This document shows, one piece after another, positions 1 to 9,588 of a stretch of 64,000 nucleotides of DNA. The stretch lies in assembly GCA_965247095.1 (NCBI GenBank), contig OZ251997.1:3072001-3136000 (forward strand). The letters run 5' to 3'. Origin of the DNA: Candidatus Multivorans sp. (GTDB lineage: Bacteria; Acidobacteriota; Thermoanaerobaculia; Multivoradales; Multivoraceae). Below the pieces are notes generated by a model. It was not told the origin of the DNA, ran no database searches, and saw only the letters and a program-made list of their open reading frames with translations. The position numbers were made by a program, and so were the translations under genes. The stretch's first letter is position 1; each line of letters starts with the position of its first letter.

Positions 1-508
1 GGGCAGCGCGTCGCACCGGCTCGAGCAGGGCCCTTCGGCGGGTTTGGTGGTCGCGGCGCTGGTCGCGGTCAACGCGGTGGGCGATGTGATCGATCCGGCT
101 ACAGGTCAGGTCGTCGCGGGCGTGCGCGGCCCGAACAACGAACTGCTCGACGCCCGCAAGCTGCTTCGCAGCGGCCTCGGGCGCGACCGCCGCGCCAGTC
201 GACGGGAGGCCGCCAACCGCGAGAACACGACGATCGCCGTGGTCGCGACCAACGCCACCCTGAACCAGGCCGAGGCGACCCGGGTGGCGCAGATGGCCCA
301 CGATGGTCTCGCCCGCTCGATCGTCCCGTCCCACACCCCGGGCGACGGCGACACCGTGTTCGCGATCGCCACCGGCGTTCTCGAAGGGCCGGCCGACGTC
401 AGCCGGATCGGCGCCCTCGCGGCCGAGGTGCTGGCCGACGCGGTCCTCAACAGCGTGCGGCATGCCGAGTCGCTTCCCGGCATCCTCGCCGTCCGCGACC
501 TGCCGTGA
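1..508 (+). CDS. P1/S58 (DmpA-like) peptidase, 5'-truncated by window edge
   Basis: C-terminal motifs VNAVGDV, ENTTIAVVATNA, AQMAHDGLARSIVPSHTPGDGDTVFA typical of DmpA/ArgJ-like peptidase family S58. Confidence 0.85.
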   Translation, partial: GSASHRLEQGPSAGLVVAALVAVNAVGDVIDPATGQVVAGVRGPNNELLDARKLLRSGLGRDRRASRREAANRENTTIAVVATNATLNQAEATRVAQMAHDGLARSIVPSHTPGDGDTVFAIATGVLEGPADVSRIGALAAEVLADAVLNSVRHAESLPGILAVRDLP

Positions 509-512
509 GGCG

Positions 513-1295
513 ATGACGGTGTCACAGAATCCGTTTCGTCTCGACGGCAGCACTGTCGCCGTGATCGGCGCCGGCTCCGGCATCGGTGAGGGCGCGGCCG
601 AGGCCTGCGGCCGCCAGGGGGCGCTGGTCGCGTGCTTCGATGTGAATCTGCCAGCCGCGCAGGCGACGGCCGACCGGATCGTCTCGGCCGGCGGCCAGGC
701 CGAAGCGGCCGAACTCGACATCCTCGATCCCGCGGCGATGGCGTCGGCGTTCGAGGCGCTGAGCGATCTGCGGGGCGTGGTGGCGACGCCCGGAGTCAAT
801 GTCCGCAAGCGCCTGCTCGACTACCAGCCCGAAGAGTTCGACCGGGTCATCACACTCAACCTTGGTGGCGCGATGTGCGTGTTGCAGGTCGCGGGAGGGC
901 TGCTGTCGGCCGCCGGCGGCGGCAGCATCGTGCTGCTGTCTTCGATCCGTTCCCTGGTCGTTGAGCCGGGTCAGGGCGTCTACGCCGCGACCAAGGCCGG
1001 CATCGTTCAACTCGCGCGCGCCGCCGCGGCCGAACTCGGCGGCGCCGGGGTGCGGGTGAACGCGCTGGCGCCGGGGGTGGTGGACACGCCGTTGACCAAG
1101 CCGATCCAGCAGAACGAGGACTGGAACCGCGCCTACGCCGAGAAGACGGCGCTGGGCCGGTGGGGCCGTCCGGACGAGATCGGCAACGCGGCGGCGTTCC
1201 TGGTCTCGGACGCCGCCAGCTACATGACGGGCGCCGTGCTCTTCGTCGACGGCGGCTGGACCGCGATCGACGGGCGGTTCGAGCCTCCGGCCTGA
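513..1295 (+). CDS. SDR family NAD(P)-dependent oxidoreductase
   Basis: ATG at 513; GAGSGIG Rossmann motif, YAATK catalytic motif, VNALAPG, LFVDGGW. Confidence 0.93.
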   Translation: MTVSQNPFRLDGSTVAVIGAGSGIGEGAAEACGRQGALVACFDVNLPAAQATADRIVSAGGQAEAAELDILDPAAMASAFEALSDLRGVVATPGVNVRKRLLDYQPEEFDRVITLNLGGAMCVLQVAGGLLSAAGGGSIVLLSSIRSLVVEPGQGVYAATKAGIVQLARAAAAELGGAGVRVNALAPGVVDTPLTKPIQQNEDWNRAYAEKTALGRWGRPDEIGNAAAFLVSDAASYMTGAVLFVDGGWTAIDGRFEPPA

Positions 1296-1355
1296 ACCAA
1301 CTGCGGGCATCGATGCCCGCGTGCCATCCGCGCCGCAAGTAGACTCGGCGCCGCG

Positions 1356-1919
1356 ATGAACCAGGCTGGCGATCTCTTCCGACTCGACGGCAAGACGGCG
1401 GTGGTGACCGGCGCTTCGTCGGGCCTGGGCGTGGTCTTCGCGCACGCGCTGGCCGGCGCCGGCGCCTCGGTCGTCGTTTCGGCGCGACGGCTCGAACGGC
1501 TGGAGGCGCTCGCTGGGGAGATCGAGGCTGCCGGCGGAGAGGCCCTGGCGGTTTCCTGCGACGTCAGCAGCGAGGACGGTGTGGAGGCCCTGGCCGCAGC
1601 CGCCGTCGATCGGATCCCCCAGGCGTCCTACACCGCCTCCAAGGGCGGCGTCGTCAACCTGACGCGTGAGCTCGCGGCACAGTGGTCGCGCCGCGGCGTG
1701 CGCGTGAACGCGATTGCGCCGGGCTGGTTCGCATCGGAGATGACCGAGGGAATGTTCGCGTCCGATCAGGGAGTCCGCTGGATCCGGCGCAAGACGCCGA
1801 TGGGCCGGCCCGGCGAGGGTGAGGAACTGGCTGGTCCGGTCCTGTTCCTCGCCTCGGACGCATCGAGCTACGTAACCGGCCAGACACTCGCCGTCGACGG
1901 CGGCTGGACTGTGATCTGA
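1356..1919 (+). pseudogene. SDR oxidoreductase with in-frame internal deletion
   Basis: TGASSGLG and YTASK present, but AAVDR runs directly into IPQASY; the NNAG strand, following helix and catalytic-Ser strand are missing (187 aa vs ~250). Confidence 0.75.
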
Positions 1920-1923
1920 CGGT

Positions 1924-4269
1924 TTGACCCTCGAGATTGCATTCCTGCTCGCGGTCCTGGCGGGCATGGTCGTCCTGTTTCTGACCGAGAAACTGCCGAT
2001 CGACCTGACCGCCTTCCTCGGTCTGACGCTGCTGATCTTCACCGGCTACGTCGCCGTCGATCAGGCGTTCACCGGCTTCGCGTCGTCGGCGGTGATCACG
2101 ATGCTGTCGATCTTCATCGTCAGCGCCGGGCTGATGCAGACCGGCGTGGCGGATCTGGTCGGCGGCGCCATCCATCGCTTCGTCGGCAGCCGCGAGACGC
2201 CGTTGATGATCGCCGTGATGCTGGTCGCCGGTGTGCTCTCGATGTTCATGAACAACATCGCGGCGACCGCGGTGCTGATGCCGGCGGTGGCGAGTCTCGG
2301 TCGGCGCGCGCACCTGCCGCCGTCCCGGTTGTTCCTGCCGCTGGCCTTCGGCGCCATCCTGGGGGGCACCGCGACCCTGGTCGGGACGCCGCCGAACATC
2401 CTGGCGGCGGCGATGTTGCGCGACCGCGGACTCGAGCCCTTCAGCCTCTTCGACTTCACGCCCTTCGGCGCGGTACTGCTCCTGGGCGGCATCGTCTACA
2501 TGCTCACCCTGGGGCGCCGGCTCCTGCCGGGTCGCAGAGCCGCGGCCCCCGGCCGCGGTCAATCGGAACTCGCGGATCTCTACGGCCTCCATGAGGGACT
2601 GTTCTCGATCCGCATACCGGCGGCTTCGCAGCTCGACGGGGCGACCCTGCGCGAGACCCGGTTGGGGACCACCCTGGGAGTGCAGCTTCTCGGCATCGCG
2701 CGCGGCGAGGACTGGCAGTTGGCGCCCAAGGACGACGCGCGGCTGCTGGCCGGGGACGAACTGGTCGTCCAGGGCGACGCGGACCAGGTGCGGCAGATGC
2801 TGCGGCTCCAGGGCGTCGACCTCGGCACGGCCACGACGCTCGGCACGGCCACCACGGGGGAGACCGGCGCGCCGGACGTGGGCGTGACCGCGCTCAGGGC
2901 GCGGGTGCCCGCCGGGTCGCCCCTGGCCGGGAGCACGCTGGCGGCGACGAGCTTCCGCGAGCGTTGGCGCGTGTTCGTGATCGCGGTGGAACGAGACGGC
3001 GAAGTTCACGTCGACCGGCTCGGCAACCTGCCGCTCGAGAAGGGAGACCTGCTCTACGGTCTGTTCGGAGACGACGCGCCGGAGATCGACTCCGGCGTGC
3101 TGGAGATCGAAGAGAGCGGCCCCGCCGCGCTGGACCGGCTCGAGGATCAACCCCTGCTTGTCATCCGGGTGCCGGAGAACTCGGCGCTTCTCGCCAGCGG
3201 CGCGGGCGTCGGGTGGATGGGCCGGCTGATGGAACTCACGGTCGTCGGGGTCGAACGGGCCGGCGAGGTGCTCTGGGGCCCCGGACCCGAGCTCGAGTTC
3301 GAGGCCGGAGACCGGCTCTTCGTCAAGGGCAAGGAGCGTCGCCTGCGCGCCCTGCTGCGCATGGGCGGCGTCGAGTTGACGTCGGGGATTGCCGCGCCTG
3401 CGTTCGAGTCGGAGGAGGTGGGCATGGCCGAGGCCACGCTGGCGCCCCGGTCCGGTCTCGCGGGGCGAAGCCTGGAGGAGATCGAGTTCCGCGATCGGTA
3501 CGGCGTGCAGGTGCTCGCGATCTGGCGCGAGGGCAGGGCCATTCGCAGCGGCCTGGCCCAGCTTGCGCTACGGGTCGGCGACGCGCTGCTGCTGCAGGGC
3601 CGCCGGGGCCGGCTCGGTCTGCTCTCCCGGGAGCGGGATCTGTTGATGCTCTCGGATGTCGCGGACGAGCCCCGTCGCCTGAACAAGGCGCCCTACGCCG
3701 TCGGCTGCCTGGCCTTGATGATTGGTCTGGTGGTGACGGGGTTTGCACCAATTCAGGTCGGGGCGTTCGCTTCCGCGAGCCTGATCGTGCTGTGCGGCGC
3801 GCTGACCATGGAGGAGGCCTACCGCGCGGTCGAGTGGCGGGCGATCTTCCTGGTCGCGGCGATCCTGCCGGTGGGAGCGGCGATGGAGAGCAGCGGTACC
3901 GCGGCTCTGCTGGCGAGCAGCGTGATGGACCTGGCCGGCCCGGTCGGACCGTATGCGGTGCTGGCGTCGCTGGTCCTGCTCTCGAGCCTGCTCAGCCAGT
4001 GTCTCGACGGTGCGCCGGCGGTGGTCCTGCTGACGCCGGTTGTACTTGAAGCGGCATCGGGCCTCGATCTTTCTCCCTATCCGTTGATGATGGGGGTGGC
4101 GCTCGCGGCCTCCGCGGCCTTCATGACGCCGTTCAGCCACAAGGCGAACCTGCTGGTCATGGGCGCGGGCGGCTATCGCAGCATGGACTACCTGAAGGTC
4201 GGCACGCCGCTGACCGTGGTGCTGCTTGCCGTGATCGTCTGGATGGTGCCGCTCTTCTTCCCGTTCTAG
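1924..4269 (+). CDS. SLC13/CitMHS-type permease with TrkA-C (RCK_C) domains
   Basis: Hydrophobic N- and C-terminal halves with FMNNIAA, GTPPNI, FMTPFSHKANLLV motifs; central repeated TrkA-C segments. Confidence 0.9.
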   Translation: MTLEIAFLLAVLAGMVVLFLTEKLPIDLTAFLGLTLLIFTGYVAVDQAFTGFASSAVITMLSIFIVSAGLMQTGVADLVGGAIHRFVGSRETPLMIAVMLVAGVLSMFMNNIAATAVLMPAVASLGRRAHLPPSRLFLPLAFGAILGGTATLVGTPPNILAAAMLRDRGLEPFSLFDFTPFGAVLLLGGIVYMLTLGRRLLPGRRAAAPGRGQSELADLYGLHEGLFSIRIPAASQLDGATLRETRLGTTLGVQLLGIARGEDWQLAPKDDARLLAGDELVVQGDADQVRQMLRLQGVDLGTATTLGTATTGETGAPDVGVTALRARVPAGSPLAGSTLAATSFRERWRVFVIAVERDGEVHVDRLGNLPLEKGDLLYGLFGDDAPEIDSGVLEIEESGPAALDRLEDQPLLVIRVPENSALLASGAGVGWMGRLMELTVVGVERAGEVLWGPGPELEFEAGDRLFVKGKERRLRALLRMGGVELTSGIAAPAFESEEVGMAEATLAPRSGLAGRSLEEIEFRDRYGVQVLAIWREGRAIRSGLAQLALRVGDALLLQGRRGRLGLLSRERDLLMLSDVADEPRRLNKAPYAVGCLALMIGLVVTGFAPIQVGAFASASLIVLCGALTMEEAYRAVEWRAIFLVAAILPVGAAMESSGTAALLASSVMDLAGPVGPYAVLASLVLLSSLLSQCLDGAPAVVLLTPVVLEAASGLDLSPYPLMMGVALAASAAFMTPFSHKANLLVMGAGGYRSMDYLKVGTPLTVVLLAVIVWMVPLFFPF

Positions 4270-4337
4270 GGTCGCGGTGCGGTAACATCCGCTCTTTCGC
4301 AGACCGTGAAGATCCAGCGAACGTTGGGAGATCGCCG

Positions 4338-7109
4338 ATGTCACCCGCACTGCACCGCGCCAGCCGAGTTCTGACCCTGACCGCACCCCTTCTGGTGCTG
4401 GCGGCCGCCGCCGCCGCCCAGACCACGGGCGATATCCGCGGTGAGGTGCGCGACGCGAACGGCGATGCTCTGCCCGGCGTCACGGTCACGGCGACGATCG
4501 AGAATCGCGGCCTGTCGCGGGCCACGATCGCCGGCGCCGGCGGCCGCTTCGTGATGTCGTCGCTTCCGGTCGACGACTACGTCGTGACCGTGACCCTGGA
4601 CGGCTTCCGGGAGCATCGGGTCGAAAATGTCCGGGTGGGCATCAGCGCCACGGTCAACCTGGACATCGAACTCGCCCTCGAGACGGTGGAGGAGGAAGTC
4701 ACGGTGACCGCGTCGCCGATCCTTGACGTGACGAGTTCCAGCGTGGGCAGCAGCTACACCGCCGACTTCATCGACGACCTGCCGACCGACCGGAACTTCT
4801 GGGACCTGGTCGCGGTGTCGCCGGGGATCAGCGTGAGTTCCGAGGGCGACACCGACATGTCTGCCTTCGGCTCGAGCACGGCGTCGAACTCGTGGCGGAT
4901 CGACGGACTGGACACGACCTCGTCCGACACCGGCAATTCGTACTGGTGGTTGAACCCGGCGATCATCGATGAGGTCCAGGTGCTCGGAATCGGCGCGCCG
5001 GCGGAGTACGGCAGCATGTCCGGCGCGGCGTTCAACGTGGTGACCAAGTCCGGTTCGAACGAGTTCAGCGGCACGATCGACTGGTACCACCAGAACAGCG
5101 GCCTGACGGAGGAGAACGCCGAAATCGATGGCATTCCGTTCCATCGCGAGGAGTTCGACGACACGACGGGCACGTTGGGCGGCCCGTTCGCGCGCGACAA
5201 GGTGTGGTTCTTCGGCTCCGTCCAGTACGCGCGGGATGCCTTCACCGAGGCGGGCGTCGACCCCAGCTTCCCGACGGCCTACCCGTCCGACCGCTACGAC
5301 ATGAAGATCAACGCAGCGTTCAACGACAGCAACCTGATGGAGGCGAAGTACCACTACGAGGACTTCAGCTTCACCTACGCCGCCGCGAACACGACGCCCG
5401 ACGCCATCAGCAACCAGTCCGGGACCAATCCGGCGTGGGGCCTCCAGTTCCAGTCCGTCCTGAGTCCGAACGACTACCTGGAAGTGATGTACGCCGGCTA
5501 CAGCGGCAAGGACAACCTGCTCTCGGCGACGGGCAGCGAGGCGGCGCCCTACACGGACTACTCGCCGGTGGACGGCGGCCCCGCCCAGTCCAGCGGCAGC
5601 CCCGGCTACACCTACCGGTGGACGCTTGGCCGTGACCAGTTGGACGTCAAGCTCTCACACCACGCCGACGACCTGCTGAACGGCGACCACGACTTCAAGT
5701 TCGGCATCTCCTACGGCATGGGCACCGGCGATACCCGTACCGGCGGCGGCCCGAACGGCGTTTACTTCTACCGCTACGAGTACTACCCGGGCTACCCCTA
5801 CTACTACCGGGTGACGGCGCGGCCGTTCCACTACGGCGCCGACACCAAGGCGGTTTCGGCGTTCATCGACGACTCGTGGCAGGTCGGCTCGAACCTGACG
5901 CTCAACGTCGGCGTGCGGTACGACAAGCACAACGGCGAGATCGCCGACTTTCCGCGGCTGAACCAGGACTGGAGCCCGAGTTCGGACGTCATCCCGGGTG
6001 TTGCGGACGTGATCGACTGGACACTGATCTCGCCGCGCATCGGCATGGCCTACCAGATCGGTGACCGGCAGGTCTTCCGCGCCTTCTACGGCAAGTTCTA
6101 CGACGCCGACGTGACCGGCAACTGGTACGCGCCGCCGCCGGACCCGCCCGCGTACCTCACCGAGTCCGGGCCCTCGCTTGAAGGTCCCTGGACCTACTCG
6201 TCCAGCTTCGAGTACCACGGAAACCTGTTCCATCCCGATCTGAAGGCGCCGGAGACCGACCAGTTCACGGTGGGTTGGGAGCGTCGATTGGGCGACAACT
6301 TCACCCTCGGCATCCAGGGCGTCTACAAGGAGGCGAAGAACCTGATCGGCTGGGAGATCCTGGACGACGGGGTCTTCGGGCGCGTGCCGTGGACGAACCC
6401 GTTCACGGGCGAAACGGAGCAGTTGATCAGCGTCATCGAGCAGCCGACGACGCGCAAGGGCAACGGCCCGGGCCCGGGCTCGGCGGCGCCGGGCGCCAGC
6501 TTTAACCAGCAGTACGAAGGCGTGGTCATCTCCTTCAACAAGCGCTACAGCGACGGCTGGAGCATGCAGTCTTCGTACACCTGGTCCGACTCGGCCGGCT
6601 TCATCCCGCGGCCGCTGCTGCAGTCCCAGGGTAGCCCGTTCTATACCGACACCGACGGCCGCGACCCGAACAACTGGATCAACGCCGACCAGGCCCTTCA
6701 GAACGACCGCGAGCACGTGTTCCAGTTCCAGGGCAGTTTCGAGTTGCCCTGGAAACTCATCGGCACCGCCACCTACAGCTTCATGTCGGGCAAGCCGTAC
6801 AGCCGCCAATTGCGGGTCGGTCTAGCTTCGTCGGCGTCGCCGCTCCCTCAGGGCGGGGTGACAGTGATCGCCGTCCCCGCCAGCGACGACACGCGGTTGC
6901 CTAGCCAGAACAACTTCGATCTCTCCTTCGGCCGGCGCTTCGACGTCGGCAAGGTCGAGATCAAAGTGGACCTCCAGTTGTTCAATGTGTTCAACGAAGA
7001 CACCCACGACTGGTGGGAGACCCTCCAGGTGCCCGCGGACGAGCAGTATGTGCCCAGCGGCTACCTCTTCCCGAGGCGGGTCATGCTGCGCTTCGGGCTC
7101 GAGTTCTAG
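4338..7109 (+). CDS. TonB-dependent receptor (Oar-like, N-terminal carboxypeptidase-regulatory domain)
   Basis: Signal peptide, G.V.D..G..LPGVTVT domain, plug motif AEYG..SGA.FNVVTKSGSN, LNVGVRYD, C-terminal Phe. Confidence 0.92.
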   Translation: MSPALHRASRVLTLTAPLLVLAAAAAAQTTGDIRGEVRDANGDALPGVTVTATIENRGLSRATIAGAGGRFVMSSLPVDDYVVTVTLDGFREHRVENVRVGISATVNLDIELALETVEEEVTVTASPILDVTSSSVGSSYTADFIDDLPTDRNFWDLVAVSPGISVSSEGDTDMSAFGSSTASNSWRIDGLDTTSSDTGNSYWWLNPAIIDEVQVLGIGAPAEYGSMSGAAFNVVTKSGSNEFSGTIDWYHQNSGLTEENAEIDGIPFHREEFDDTTGTLGGPFARDKVWFFGSVQYARDAFTEAGVDPSFPTAYPSDRYDMKINAAFNDSNLMEAKYHYEDFSFTYAAANTTPDAISNQSGTNPAWGLQFQSVLSPNDYLEVMYAGYSGKDNLLSATGSEAAPYTDYSPVDGGPAQSSGSPGYTYRWTLGRDQLDVKLSHHADDLLNGDHDFKFGISYGMGTGDTRTGGGPNGVYFYRYEYYPGYPYYYRVTARPFHYGADTKAVSAFIDDSWQVGSNLTLNVGVRYDKHNGEIADFPRLNQDWSPSSDVIPGVADVIDWTLISPRIGMAYQIGDRQVFRAFYGKFYDADVTGNWYAPPPDPPAYLTESGPSLEGPWTYSSSFEYHGNLFHPDLKAPETDQFTVGWERRLGDNFTLGIQGVYKEAKNLIGWEILDDGVFGRVPWTNPFTGETEQLISVIEQPTTRKGNGPGPGSAAPGASFNQQYEGVVISFNKRYSDGWSMQSSYTWSDSAGFIPRPLLQSQGSPFYTDTDGRDPNNWINADQALQNDREHVFQFQGSFELPWKLIGTATYSFMSGKPYSRQLRVGLASSASPLPQGGVTVIAVPASDDTRLPSQNNFDLSFGRRFDVGKVEIKVDLQLFNVFNEDTHDWWETLQVPADEQYVPSGYLFPRRVMLRFGLEF

Positions 7110-7212
7110 GCACCGGGAGGCCGCGCCGCCGACCCGTCGGCGCCAGCACCCTCCCACCGGCCCCTGGACGGGCTGGACGGCGTCGGGCGTCGAGTAACGG
7201 TCGGCGAACCTG

Positions 7213-7819
7213 TCAATCGTCTTCTACGGGGCGGACGAACTTCCCGGCCGCCTTGATGGAACCATCAGGCTCAAGTGCAATGCCGAAACAATGGTCGGCT
7301 CGGTCAAGAATTCCGCGGCAGTCCGCTTGCAAGAGAGCCTCGGCCCGCTCTCTTGGGAGGCGATTGCAGTGGACTGTCAACGCCGTTCCAGCATCGCCGA
7401 CACCGAAGGCAAACCTGTACGGATTGCCGTCAGTTGCAGCACCTTTCAGGATCTTCTCGAACTCTTGGTTGAGTCTCCGAATGGTCTCCTCGCTCCGCTC
7501 TAGGAGGAACAGTCCGAGGTCAATGGCCATTGGGTGGGGCTGATCGTCGGCCTGGGCGAGGATGTTGAAGACAGGGTGAAGATGTCCGTCACGACGGGCG
7601 CCACGATCTCCTCGGTGGTCTTCGCGTCGAGAAACTGGCGAGACTGAAACGAGAGGGCGTGGTAGTGGTCTGTCAGGAGTGTCACGGGAAAGATGGTTCG
7701 CGGCCGGTTGGCTAGTGAAACCGGTGACCCGTCCCGGGTGTGAAGCGTCACGGTGCGGTCGAGAAGTGATGTAGCGCAGGAGAACGAAGGTCGTCGAAGA
7801 TCGCTTGCTCGGAGCGCAT
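7213..7819 (-). pseudogene. Collapsed remnant of a large NERD/SEC-C-type hypothetical protein
   Basis: Three fragments in gene order: MRSEQAIFDDL (7819), TDHYHALSFQSRQFL (7500-7751), IDLGLFLL..LTVHCN..FGIAL (7213-7530); family assignment is from recollection; less GC-rich than flanking genes. Confidence 0.5.
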
Positions 7820-7906
7820 TGGCGGGTGACCTGGGTGCCGAAACTTTAGCGGTGCGTGCTGGGAGGACTGTGCGGCGACTGGGGCCGGTTCGACAGCCGT
7901 GCTCGA

Positions 7907-8299
7907 TCAGGTTTCGCGGTCGAGGCGTGATCGGACTTGCTGCATCAGCTCTTGTATCCGGGCGATCGTCTTCTCCCGGTTCAGCTTGGGAGCGTCGGGG
8001 ACGCGGCCTGCATAGCGGAAACGGACGGCGTAGGGGGTCAGTTCGACAAGTCCGCCGAGATCGATCTTTGGAGGCTGTTGGGCGGTCAGGACCTCAAGCA
8101 GTTGCGCGATGTCGTGAGTGATCGGGTACTTCTCACCGAGCAACGCGATCCAGGCCTTGACGAGTTTCTCGGTTGCCTGCTGAGCGAGGAATCCCGCGAT
8201 CTCGTCCGCGAACACTTCCGAGTCGGTCATGCCGCGGAGAGCAGCGAGATCGCGCTCCGCCGCCTCAAGGAGAACGCGGGCGGACTTAGTGTCGCTCAT
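7907..8299 (-). CDS. HEPN domain protein (MNT-HEPN pair)
   Basis: AERDL, FLAQQATEK, THD, LTPYAVRFRY motifs; start overlaps the end of the MNT gene. Confidence 0.88.
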   Translation of the reverse strand: MSDTKSARVLLEAAERDLAALRGMTDSEVFADEIAGFLAQQATEKLVKAWIALLGEKYPITHDIAQLLEVLTAQQPPKIDLGGLVELTPYAVRFRYAGRVPDAPKLNREKTIARIQELMQQVRSRLDRET

Positions 8300-8621
8300 A
8301 GAGGACCTTGCCCTCACGCAGCGCCCGCGCGACGACGTGGTTCAGCGAATCTCGCCAGTAGTCGACTTCATCGCGGCCGTAGAGCAAGATGTCCGTCGGC
8401 ACGGAGAAGCGCGCCAGTTGCCTGCTCAGGCGAACCGACTGCGCGTCGCGCTTTCCGACCTTCTTGAAGGGTTCCGACTGGATGACCAAGAGGTCGATGT
8501 CGGACTCCTCTCCGTGATCGCCCCGGGCCTGGGATCCGAAGAGAATCACCTGTTCGGGATCGACCTCGGCGACGATGGCATCGACCATCTCTGCGAGTAC
8601 CTCTTGCGTTGGGTAACTCAT
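8286..8621 (-). CDS. Minimal nucleotidyltransferase (MNT) antitoxin
   Basis: ILFGSQARGD..SDIDLLVI motif, 111 aa. Confidence 0.92.
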   Translation of the reverse strand: MSYPTQEVLAEMVDAIVAEVDPEQVILFGSQARGDHGEESDIDLLVIQSEPFKKVGKRDAQSVRLSRQLARFSVPTDILLYGRDEVDYWRDSLNHVVARALREGKVLYERH

Positions 8622-8630
8622 GGTTGCCGG

Positions 8631-9125
8631 CTAGCGCCCGTGGTAGAGCGTCGCGTCCTCGGTGTGCAGGCCGCGGGGGTCGTCGCGCTTCGACTCGTAG
8701 AGGCCGCCCTCGGCGTCGACGAGGTCGTCCGTGAAGATGGACTCGTCGACGGGAATCTCGCTCGGGCAGGAAATCTCGATCAGGTTGCCCGCGGGGTCGC
8801 GGATGAACATCTGCATGGCGCCGTCGGGCAGCCGTCGGACCTTGCCCCAGGGTGAGGTGTCGATGGCGCCGAGTTCGCGCATGCGGAAGAAGATCGAGTC
8901 GAAGTCGTCGACCTGCAGGCAGAGGTGCCCGCGGAAGGAGGCCTGGTCCTCCCACTCGGTGACGTGAAGCTGCTGCTCCTCGTTGATCTTGAAGAACTGG
9001 GCCGGGAAGTCGAGGTTGAAGGTCGGCAGCGCCTCGAGCCCGAGCTCGTGCTCGTAGAAGGCGCAGGCCTTCTCCAGGTCGTCGACGACGACGGTCGCGT
9101 GTTGAATTTGCAGGATCTTCGCCAT
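8631..9125 (-). CDS. VOC/glyoxalase family protein
   Basis: HATVVVDDLEKACAFY, HLCLQVDD, FIRDPAGNLIEI; start at ATG 9125. Confidence 0.9.
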   Translation of the reverse strand: MAKILQIQHATVVVDDLEKACAFYEHELGLEALPTFNLDFPAQFFKINEEQQLHVTEWEDQASFRGHLCLQVDDFDSIFFRMRELGAIDTSPWGKVRRLPDGAMQMFIRDPAGNLIEISCPSEIPVDESIFTDDLVDAEGGLYESKRDDPRGLHTEDATLYHGR

Positions 9126-9291
9126 GAGCGCGGGTCCTCTTCTGGTTGAGTGCGGCGGCTGAGGCGCGAACAATGCACCGATGCGTAGCCGCCTGCCGAG
9201 GCTATCGGAGCGGTGCGAGCGGATGGGGACTTGACCGCGGCTTGGCGTCGTTCGAGCCGCGATGTGAGTGCGATGGCATACTGCTGAGGCG

Positions 9292-9558
9292 ATGTCTGAA
9301 CCGGTCATGCCTGTCACGGTCCGATTCGGCGCCCAGGGCCGTCTGGTGGTACCGGCGCCGATGCGCGAGGCCCTCGGTTTCAAGACGGGCGACCCTCTCG
9401 TCGTCCGCGTACAGGACGGCCGGTTGGTCGTCGAGGGCAGGGAATCGGTGGTTCGACGGGTGCAGGAACAGTTCGGCGTACCAGGCCGGAACCTCGTCGA
9501 CGAGTTCATCGCCGAGCGTCGTCAGGAAGCCCGGCGGGAGGAAGAACTGATCCGCTGA
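9292..9558 (+). CDS. AbrB/MazE/SpoVT-family DNA-binding protein (orphan antitoxin)
   Basis: GRLVVPAPMREALGFKTGD swapped-hairpin motif; LVDEFIAERR tail typical of VapB-type antitoxins. Confidence 0.85.
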   Translation: MSEPVMPVTVRFGAQGRLVVPAPMREALGFKTGDPLVVRVQDGRLVVEGRESVVRRVQEQFGVPGRNLVDEFIAERRQEARREEELIR

Positions 9559-9588
9559 CGGGTCGCCCCCTGCCGACCGACCGGCTTC

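Noticed and set aside
2821-2856. 18-bp tandem repeat (LGTATT x2) in the permease
   Set aside because: In-frame linker duplication; no array or mobile character
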